Shown piece after piece: positions 44,213 to 64,000 of a DNA stretch of 64,000 nucleotides; within the stretch, counting starts at the first letter, position 1; each line of letters begins with the position of its first letter. The stretch is from contig OX597815.1 in the NCBI GenBank assembly GCA_951406725.2, forward strand, positions 143,220,001-143,284,000, read 5' to 3'. The notes beneath the pieces are model-generated. The model saw nothing but the letters and a program-made list of their open reading frames with translations, was not told the DNA's origin and ran no database searches. Origin of the DNA: Octopus vulgaris. Lineage: Eukaryota. A program made the translations under genes and the position numbers.

Positions 44213-45189
44213 CATACATGTGTGAATGCGCGCGTGTGTGTGTAATCATCTTGATGACGGAGCTGATAAAGACTATACTTTACTAAGGAGATTTAATAAG
44301 GCAGAAGTATGTCCAGAAATGTCTGAACCTACAGTGTACTTAGTATCTGTATTCTACGCTTTCAACTATTTATTCACTTTACGCGAAATTCAGTTTTGGG
44401 AGCTGCCTTTCCTTCATTTTCTTTTTCCTTTTTTTTTTTCACATTATTGGTGTAATTTTAATTAATTAAAATTTCTTTACAGACTGCTCGAAGTATATTA
44501 ACATCGACATAATGTTCAATTGCTATCAATTAGCGGGGTTTTTCTTTTTAACTCGTTTTTTTTTATACCCTAGTAGCTCTGTAATAACCTAGAGGAGACA
44601 ATTTAAAATTTTCTATTATTACATTAACGCTGGTGCAGTTATTAATAATAAATAAGATTTCTGTTTTAGATATTAGTTAAAATAAGATGAGTGACAAGGT
44701 CATTGTATCTGAAATGAAGATTTATATTTACTGAGCCTGAAATCACATTTGCGATATAAATTATAGAGATGTTGACTGTGAGAAAATCATATAGAAAAAG
44801 AGCCACTTTGTGGCTACATGTTCAATCATTTCAAAGTGCTGAGTAATATTTTGCTTCTGCTTCAGTTCCGAAGTCGTGTCACTAAAGCGAAAATAGGTGA
44901 AAAAGTCAGGTGAGCTTTCCAGATCTGAAAAAAAACAACAAACAACCTAACAGGATATATCCCAACCACGCAAGTATTCTCCCCTGAATTTGGGGAGACT
45001 TCAAGTGAGTAAATTTACCATTAAATTATTAACGCAAACAAAACAAATTCAGTGACTGGTAACACAACAATTCAAAGAGGAAAATTTCTTTCAAAATTAG
45101 TATTCAAAGTCGGCACTCGCTCTTGATATAGCTATTTCGAACTTGAAGGTTATTCTTCATACTCAGTAACATCGGTTTCAATGTTTCAA

Positions 45190-45383
45190 ATCCAGCAATT
45201 TGGTGGGAGAGAGTAGGCCGATTACATCGAGCCCAGTCCGCAACTGGTACTTATTTTATTGACCTTGATAGAATGAAAGGCAAAGTCGACCTCGGCGGAA
45301 TTTGAACTCAGAACGTAAAGACTTACGAAATGCCGCAAAGCATTTTACCCGGCATGCTAACGATTCTGCCAGCTCGCTGCCTT
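45190..45383 (-). mobile_element. tRNA-derived SINE, family B, head-to-head with the next element
   Basis: Reverse complement of the ggcgagctggcagaatcgttagc.. head and core. Confidence 0.85.
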
Positions 45384-45484
45384 AATTTAATTCTCATACA
45401 CAATAGTATTGCCATCTTCTATAATGCTTCATTACAGACTTTAACCAACCAGCTACTATAATATTCAATATTTTGTGTTCAGTA

Positions 45485-46096
45485 AGACGGCGAGCTGGCA
45501 GAAAAGTTAGCACGCCGGGTGAGATGCTTAGCAGAATTTCGTCTGCCGCTACGTTCTGAGCTCAAATTCCGCCGAGGGCGACTTTGCCTTTCATCCTTTC
45601 GGGTCGATTAAATAAGCACCAGTCACGCACTGGGGTCGATATAATCGACTTAATCCGTTTGTCTGTCCTTGTTAGTCCCCTCTGTGTTTAGCCCCTTGTG
45701 GGTAGTAAAGAAATAGGTATTTCGTCTGTCGCTACGTTCTGGGTTCAAATTGCGCCGAGGTCGACTTTGCCTTTCATCCTTTCGAGGTCGATTAAATAAG
45801 TACCACTTACGCACTGGAGTCTATACAATCGACTTAATCCATTTGTCTGTCCTTGTCTGTCCCCTCTTAGTGTAGCCCCTTGTGGGCAGTAAAGAAATAA
45901 GAAAGTTAGCACGCCGGCCGAAATGCTTAACGTTATTTTGTCTGTCTTTACGTTCCAAGTTCAAATTCCGCTATGGTTGACTTTGCCTTTCATCCTTCCG
46001 GGGTCGATAAATTAAGTATCAGTTGCGTACTGGGGTCAATCTAATCGACTGGCCCCCTCCCCAAAAATTTTAGGCCTTGTGCCTAGAGTAGAAAAG
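45485..46096 (+). mobile_element. Trimeric family-B SINE with 18-bp target-site duplication
   Basis: Three tandem cores; AATATTTTGTGTTCAGTA at 45467-45484 and 46097-46114. Confidence 0.9.
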
Positions 46097-46480
46097 AATA
46101 TTTTGTGTTCAGTATTGACTTCTAGATTTCTAAAGACAAGAACCAATTTAAGAATAATCTTAAGTTACCTCAAGATTATATGAACTGACAGTCAGAAGAT
46201 GACTTAAGTGAATCAAAATCTATATTTATTTATATATTCTTAAAATTTACATAGTCATAGAGTTTATATATCTGATCAAAGATATATGCATCTGTGTGTG
46301 TGTGTGTAAGAGCGATTAGACAAACGAAAGAAAAAAGAAGGCATTCAACACATTTAGGAGTAGCGTACATTGTTGTTTAAAACAGTTTGTCCAGGCTTCA
46401 TGCAATTTAAAGTTTTGCAGGCTGCTTAAAGAAACTTAGTTCGTTCAGGCTCAGATTACTGAATTCGGTAAATCAAACTC

Positions 46481-46673
46481 ATTTACTTGTTTCAGTCATT
46501 TGACTGCGGCCATGTTGGAGCACCGCCTTTAGTCGAGCAAATCAACCCCAGGACTTATTCTTTGTAAGCCTAATAGTTATTCTATCGGTCTCTTTTGCTG
46601 AAGTGCTAGTCAAGGGGACGCAAATACACCAGCATCGGTTGTCAAGCGATGTTGGAGGACAAACACAGACACA

Positions 46674-46725
<52 letters not shown>

Positions 46726-46896
46726 CATATATACGACGGGCTTCTTTCAGTTTCCCTCTACCAAATTCACTCACAACGCTTTGGTGGGCCCGAGGCTATA
46801 GTAGAAGACACTTGCCCAAGGTGCCACACAGTGGGACTGAACCCGGAACCATGTGGTTGGTAAGCAAGCTACTTACCACACAGCCACTCCTGCGCC
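46481..46896 (-). mobile_element. tRNA-derived SINE, family A, full length (more diverged or partial copies at about 3089-3300(-), 5041-5200(-), 22019-22400(+), 22660-22775(+))
   Basis: Reverse complement of 61676-62085. Confidence 0.88.
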
Positions 46897-46904
46897 TGTT
46901 TAAA

Positions 46905-46976
<72 letters not shown>

Positions 46977-47147
46977 CTATTCATATAATATAATGGGTAT
47001 ATCTATATTATGTATTTATTTTATGCAATCGAGATGTATTCATGTATATCGTATATTCGTGTAGTTGATATACCTATATTATGTATTCATGTAGTCAATA
47101 TGATAAACTGAACAGATGAGGACTTTCAAAGCGGACAACATAAAAAG

Positions 47148-57003
<9,856 letters not shown>

Positions 57004-57159
57004 AAAAGAATTATAAGTATCGAGATAAAGTACTAAACTAGATTGGTATTCTGGTTTTTACGAAGATTCAGTTCCAGAAAAGAAAATTCATTTAATTATT
57101 CTTAAACAGTCGATAAAAAAATAGACACGCCGATTTTTTTCTATTTTTTGCAGTTCATT

Positions 57160-57165
57160 AATAAA
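57160..57165 (+). promoter_or_regulatory. Candidate polyadenylation signal of the Rab gene
   Basis: First AATAAA downstream of the stop codon (about 157 nt); weak evidence in AT-rich DNA. Confidence 0.35.
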
Positions 57166-59439
57166 TCTAGTTATGTTAAACTCGCCTATTAACCCAGAGA
57201 ATAAGATGAACTAAATTAGTAGAAAGAAAAGGACAATAGAATCGTGTTTATAGTAACAGTGGGTCGGTTTCATTCTGTCTATGGTATACTATAGTATATT
57301 AACAGTGCACGAGGTATTGGTGATAAGCATCAAGAGACAAAAGTAACCAGTAGGTGGATCTCTAATACGAGGTTGTCACACAAAATTACTTTTGGTTTTA
57401 GAGTGACTTGGCTTTAGATTCAGGAGTGAAAAGTAAATCAGAGATTAAGTATTCCATAGCACTTAAGTCAGTCTTACAACAAGCATTCATTTGATCAGGT
57501 TATCCATTCTTCGTAGCTTGGTGAACTGTAGTATGATTAGATATATTGACTGAGTCAAGAACAAAACGAAGCATCTGCAGAGGTTTTGCACACGTAGCTT
57601 ATTGGTTATTTATTTCGTCTTCATTCCCATACAGCAGGGTATTTTTCTTTTACGTTTTGTCAAAAGGGAAGGCAGTACCTAAGTCACGATTAGAGAGTCT
57701 CTGACGCAGTTGGGGAGGAGGTAGAACATTGTCTTTATACTGCAGTTCTGATCTGAATGCTTGGACTCTCTTAAAGGTAGCCAATGTGTCAGGTCATTGT
57801 TTTAAATCGGGTGAGGGTTTCAGTATACCACCTAAATCGGCCATGGTAAATTTCAAACTCTAAGAGCCGAAATAAATACCGTAAGATGTTTTTTCTTTTT
57901 TTCTTTTTGTATTGGTGCTTTTTATCGACTTAGAATAAATGAAAGGTAACGTTGAACTAATCGGGGTTTGAACTCAGAATGATAAAAGATATTTCTTATT
58001 CCATAAAACTTAAATACATTGAACGAATTTGGGGAAATATTCTGGTAACCTTTTCAAGTTTTGCAAACTGGAATACTTTTGAAGTTTATTAACTCTTGAA
58101 ATAAATTTGTTGTTTGATATCTTTAGTTCCAAGCTGCTATTATATTCGAACACAACCCAATACCTGCTCTTTTTATTGTAAGATATAAACATTAAAGTAG
58201 AAAGAAGGAGGCATCTCATTATTACTTTTAACTAATTTAATATAGTCAGATATCGCAGCGAGTTAGTAATTCTTTTAAATTATAAATTCTACCATAATTT
58301 GGTTTCCTGACATTCATATGATAGGAAGACTATAGTTTTGTTATTACATTTCTTTTTTGTATTGCTTTTTGCACTTTTTTTTAATTTTTAATGGCATACA
58401 CAGTCGGGAAAGGCCTTTGAGACTGGTGGAAGTAAGGAAGGTTATTCTCAGACTGGTAATTTGATTCGAATGTTTGGAACAGAGAGGACTCCGTTAAAGA
58501 CACCCAAAAATCGGGTGATAGTGTTAAACTGGGTGACTAATTATGTCTGCAGCTCAAAAACAGGAACGGTCTTTCTCACAAACTTCCACACAGTTTCGTC
58601 AAACAAATTTTGCTCACAACACTGTTATCCATCCGGAGAGATGGTAAAAGCCAAATGCCCAAAGTACCAGGCAGTATTTAAGAACCCGGAACATATAGTT
58701 AAGATGAAAACCTCGTAACAAAACACCCAAGACTGCGTTAGCACGGAGAATGTCTTGCTTCAAACATTTGTGAATGAGGCAAATATGAATTATTAAACAT
58801 TTCTAATAAGTAGGTAGAAGGCGGTCAAAAGATTTATTTTAGCTCCAGCACTTCAATGGCGTTTCTTTCAAAGACACAGACGGAAAAGCCTCGTGAAGGG
58901 ACGTGCATAAATAATGCACAACATTTTTCTGACAATCCAGGAATTGTACTATTCAGAAAAAAAAAACAATCATAATAATAGCCCTTTCTGCTATAATCAC
59001 ATGACATGAAACTTTGAGTGGATAAGGTTAGTCGATTTATAGACCTCGAAAAGATGAAAAACAAAGTCGACATCAGCAGAATTTGAACTCAGAACGAAAA
59101 CTGCTGCGCATCTGGCCCAGCGAGATAATTATTCTACCAGCACACCGCCTTAATAATCATTTCTATTATAGGCACAATGCCTGAAATTTTGGTGAGGGGT
59201 TAGCCGATTACATCGACCCCAGTACTCAGATGGTACTTAATTTATGAACCACGAAAGGCTGACAGGCAAAGTCGATCTCGGAGGAATTTGAACTCAGAAC
59301 GTAAAGACACGAAATGTCGCTAAGCATTTTGCCCGGCGTGCTAACGACTCTGCTAGCTCACCGCCTTGGTGATGAGAAGAAGAAGAAGAAGAAGAAGAAG
59401 AAGAAGAAGAAGAAGAAGAAGAAGAAGAAGAAGAAGAAG

Positions 59440-59735
59440 AAACTTTCAAAATACAAAGATCTGGAAATATAGGTAATTTTAATGTGGACCGTAAAAACGG
59501 AAACAATTCCTATAATAGTAGGCGCATTAGGTATGATAAAAAAAAACATAACCAAAATATCAGGACTTACAAATGTAGATAACATACAGAAAATGCACCC
59601 CTGGGCACTGCACACATCCTATGTAAAGCACTTTCAATACAGTAAAAGAAAGAGCACCACAACACACCACAGTACATACCCAAGGCACACAGAGCTGCGT
59701 TCGGTAATGCAGTGAAAGCACGTGATACTACTACA
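59440..59735 (+). mobile_element. Short 3' fragment of an R4/Dong-type LINE
   Basis: KLSKYKDLEI*..MWTVKTETIPIIVGALGMIKK..NIQK; preceded by (GAA)n, followed by short (TAC)n. Confidence 0.75.
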
Positions 59736-59832
59736 GTGAAAGCACGAAAGATAACTACACTCCCTTAAAATTTGAAATAGGAAGAATTTGGAGCATGCGA
59801 ACAGTAAAGGTCGTGCCTATGATAATTGCTGC

Positions 59833-61045
59833 GTTTTGATTGTTTAAGCAGCAATAGTAGCCGAGGACGTAGGCAGCGAAAGAGAAGAAGAAGAAGAAGA
59901 AGAAGAAGAAGAAGAAGAAGAAGAAGAAGAAGAAGAAAAATACGGACGTGGTATGACTGTAATAGGGTATTGGTGGAATCCTCTTAAATGGTCAAGTGAC
60001 CTAAAAGTGCCCAGCTGTGGTTGTAATAGTAGTGATTGGAATTGTTCCGAATAAATTCATGGGTAGTGACTCTTCTGAATATATCGATTTTAATATTTGC
60101 GTGGGTATTATTCTAAGTCCCTAGTAGTAGTGTCATTTGTGGCGGACGCATTTAAAAGGAGGTTATATTTCGTGATGAAATATGAGTCTTTGCTAATGCG
60201 CTGACTGCAGGTTGTATTGTCCCTGAATTTATAGAGGGGGAAAGTTCTGAAGCCAGGTTGTTCGTTAGTGGTGCAAATGTCGATGTGTTCGCTGAAGGCT
60301 ATTTTTCTGTATCCCCGAATTTTGATCTGAGATCTATGTAGAGCCATCCTTTGACATAAACTGTTTTTGGTTTGGCCTATGTATTACTCTCGACACTCTG
60401 AGCAAGTTAATACATATATTAGGTTTTCCAAAACATATGTGAAGTTGTTAGTCAGCGCATTAGCAAAGAGACATATTTTATCACAAAATATAAATCCCTT
60501 CTGAATGCGTCCACCTTAGAATAATATCGATGCAAATATTAAAAACGATATATTCAGAACAGTCACTACCTATGAATTTATACGGAACAATTCCAATCAC
60601 TACTATTACAACCACAACATGTCACTTTTAGGTCACTTGACCATTTAAGAGGATTCCACCAATACCCTACTACTGTCATACTACTCCCGTATTCTTCTGC
60701 TTCTTCTTCTTCTTCTTCTTCTTTGCCGCCTCCGCCCTCGGTTACTACTGCTGCTTAAACAATCAAAACCATAGACTCATATCAAATATTCATTTAGGAC
60801 TACTACAACCTACTACCTGCTACAAAGCCTTCATAAGAGTAAAAAAGAGACAGACAGACAGAAAAAGGAAAATGTCCCTTGTATTTGAAAACTATCGAAA
60901 TATTTTTAAAAACATTTCATTTAATTTTTTCCACAATTTCATTGTTTTCATGCTTAAATCTAAGTTGAAAAAGTCGCAAAGCCTGAAACCGGTACTAAAA
61001 CGCTCTTAATGATAAGATTATTTTAGCATTTTCTACCTTGTCTTA
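59833..61045. mobile_element. Penelope-like element remnant with GIY-YIG endonuclease (- strand) and inverted terminal duplication
   Basis: Minus strand 60450->60108: ENLIYVLTCSECRE*YIGQTKNSLCQ/MALHRSQIK..FSEHID. Inverted arms 59833-60206 and 60450-60769. Degenerate HHR TTGAAAA..TGAAACCGGTA at 60961-60998, then (TA)n. Confidence 0.82.
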
Positions 61046-61056
61046 TTTCCTTATCT

Positions 61057-61116
<60 letters not shown>

Positions 61117-61203
61117 GTATGTTTATATATATACATACATATATATGTGTGTATATATATATATGCATGTTTATATATATATATATATATGCATGTATGT
61201 ATG

Positions 61204-61244
<41 letters not shown>

Positions 61245-61376
61245 GTATTTATATACATATATGTATATATATATACATATGTATGTTTATATATATATAT
61301 ATATATACATATATATATGTGTGTGTTTGTATATACACACATAAAAGACTCCCATTTTCCCGACCGTCAAACCATG

Positions 61377-61411
<35 letters not shown>

Positions 61412-61675
61412 GCATGTATGTATAGTTCAAATTTATAGTAAAACAAAAGACGAAGACAGGCGTAGGAACAAGAAGGACATGTATTGGTTTGAAGGTCGGG
61501 AAAATGGAAGTCTTTTATGTGTGTATAAACAAACACACACACACACACACATACACACACACACACATGCACATTTTCTATATATTAATTTTATCTATGG
61601 TAAGCGCATTATTTGGGGTAGGGCGCGGATCGAAGAACACAAAGAGTTAGGAAACACTTGAAAATCATTTCTATA

Positions 61676-62085
61676 GGCGCAGGAGCGGCTGTGTGGTAAG
61701 TAGCTTGCTAACCAACCACATGGTTCCGGGTTCAGTCCACTGCGTGGCATCTTGGGCGAGTGTCTTCTGCTATAGCCCCGGGCCGACCAATGCCTTGTGA
61801 GTGGATTTGGTAGACGGAAACTGAAAGAAGCCTGTCGTATATATGTATGTATATATAAGTGCGTGTGTATATGTTTGTGTGTCTGTGTTTGTCCCCCTAG
61901 CATTGCTTGACAACCGATGCTGGTGTGTTTACGTCCCCGTCACTTAGCGGTTCGGCAAAAGACACCGATAGAATAAGTACTGGGCTTACAAAGAATAAGT
62001 CCCGGGGTCGATTTGCTCGACTAAAGGTGGTGCTCCAGCATGGCCGCAGTCAAATGACTGAAACAAGTAAAAGAGTAAAAGAGTA
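61676..62085 (+). mobile_element. tRNA-derived SINE, family A, full length
   Basis: tRNA-like head ggcgcaggagcggctgtgtggtaag..ggttccgggttcagtcc, internal (TA/TG) tract, tail ..gactgaaacaagt(aaaagagt)n; about 10 copies in the window. Confidence 0.9.
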
Positions 62086-63668
62086 TACCTAACAATACTT
62101 TCATTCAAAATAAAACTATAAAGCAAAGTTATAGAAGAAAGAATTAAGTAAACAAAATTCATTTACGAAGTACTACAATGAGAGCTCGAGGAAACTAATG
62201 ATTAATAGATGAAAAACTCTTCATAAAACAATCAATTATCATACTTTGCGAATATTCCCGAAATCTTTCCCAGTACACGATTTACGAAAAGGCTTGCGAT
62301 AAATATTATATCAAGGGAAGTAACTTTACCAATACATGAAGTTATTTCCCATGTTTGTTTGAAATATTTATTTTCTACAACGATTGATTTTATTTTTAAA
62401 AGGCGGTGGTTGGGGAGGGGTTTCTCAACATTGCAATTAAAATTCAAAATTTATTTGCAAATCAACTTTATAAAAAAGAGTATGTTGAACTTAATTCATT
62501 GAAAGAATATATGCACTTTTAAATGAATATTTTGTGATAATATCAATTTATGGAAATATCTGATTTTTATCAACTGAAAATCTCAAAACGAAAAATGTTT
62601 TTTTTAAATAAAAATTTGAATTTTAAATATCCACACAAATATTGTAGCTTCACTTGAATTTAGAAAGTATCAGCAAATAACTCATGGCTCAATGAGATAT
62701 AATTAGTTTCTCTTTTACAAGATCAGGTGGCGTAACGTTCTTGGTGCAGCGATGTTCTTGCAGGAAATCAACGATATGGTGTTAAGTTTTAATCAAATTT
62801 TAATTAAAGTTTTAATTTGAATTTCAATTTCAAGAAATCTCTTTTCTATATAAATTATTCGGTTTGAAAACCAGGAATTAGAAGCCGTAGACAAAAAATG
62901 TAAAATTTAAAGAAAAACCGAGCTAATAAAATTTTGAAAGATGCAACATAATCTATGAGAAATAATTATAAGATTTCATAAGAATGGGTCTCGTCGAATC
63001 ACAGTGAGATATAAATGATTCTTACAGGATAGAGCAAAACTGAGGGGAAGGCTTTAATCATGGAGAATTTATCATCATACCAGCACTTCAAACTTATGAC
63101 AACTTGCAAGGGTTTCAGAAATAGATTAGTACAGAGGATGTTGGACAAAATAAAAGTGTCCAGGTAATGTATCTAGTTAAGTATAGTCAACCATGAAATT
63201 CAACTGTTTGACGGAAAATAAAAACTAGGAAAAGCGGTTAGGATGGGACCTACCTGGGGGGAAACACTCTACTGAAAGGTGGCGGCAGCGGTAGAGGGAG
63301 GGAGGAGAGGAGGAAGAAGAGGAGAAAAGGAGGAGGGGGAAAGGATGAGACAGAGAAAAAGAGGAGCAGGAAGGGGAGAAGAATGAAGAGGGGAGGAGGA
63401 AGAGAAAGGGAAGAGAAAAGAAAGAGGAGGAAAGGAAGGGAGGAAAGGAAGTGGGGAAAGGAAGGGCAAGAAAGGAAGAGGAAGAAAAAGAGGGAGAGAA
63501 AAGGAAGAGGGGCAGGAGGTGGAGGGGAATGATGATGATGATGAGGAGGAGGAGAAGATTTGCTAGCTTCGAGGATCAGACACATTGTGAGGAGGAGCAT
63601 GGCTGTTTTAACTGCGTTATAATCATTCCTCGGATCTATAATACTGTTAGTTCACTTGGCCCTATAAA

Positions 63669-63738
<70 letters not shown>

Positions 63739-64000
63739 ACACTACCTAAACACTGAATAGATCCTTAATGATGTTACCATCGACCTGTCCAGCCCCTAGG
63801 TAAGGCGGCCCTGCTGGGTGAGATAGGAGTGAGTCGTTAAGCGATTTGATGCTAACCATTTGGGTAGCATTTCTTCGGTTGCAGCCTTGCATGTATGTAA
63901 GACAGAGAGAGTGAGAGAGGGAGAGGTGTGAGAGAGGGAGGGTGCTGTGTGCGTGTAGTAACACCGTTCTGAACGTGTGAGCAATACTCGATCTATTTGT

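Noticed and set aside
44866-44909. Candidate upstream coding exon of the Rab gene (good AG and GTGAG signals)
   Set aside because: The frame needed to join the downstream exon contains a TAG, so it could only be untranslated.

Overview
AT-rich, microsatellite-dense animal DNA. The SINE families and repeat landscape look like an octopus (coleoid cephalopod) genome, which is an inference. Nearly all ORFs in the supplied track are translated microsatellites. One host gene can be assembled by hand on the + strand: a five-exon, 237-aa divergent Rab27-like small GTPase (47148-57003) whose catalytic switch-II Gln is replaced by Met (WDTAGME). The rest is mobile DNA: three tRNA-derived SINE families, R4/Dong-type REL-endonuclease LINE fragments sitting in microsatellites, RTE LINE ends, Tc1/mariner, hAT and Helitron-type remnants, and Penelope-like (PLE) remnants. 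The most unusual signal is a set of about nine minimal type-I hammerhead ribozyme (HHR) motifs. Some carry compensatory core variants (U3-A8, A3-U8) or A6U. They occur at the tails of fold-back elements including a 1.1-kb near-perfect palindrome, at the 3' end of a tRNA-head/(AAT)n SINE whose internal microsatellite has taken nested insertions in both copies, and in sense orientation in intron 3 of the Rab gene. All calls were made by eye without database searches, and repeat boundaries are approximate.
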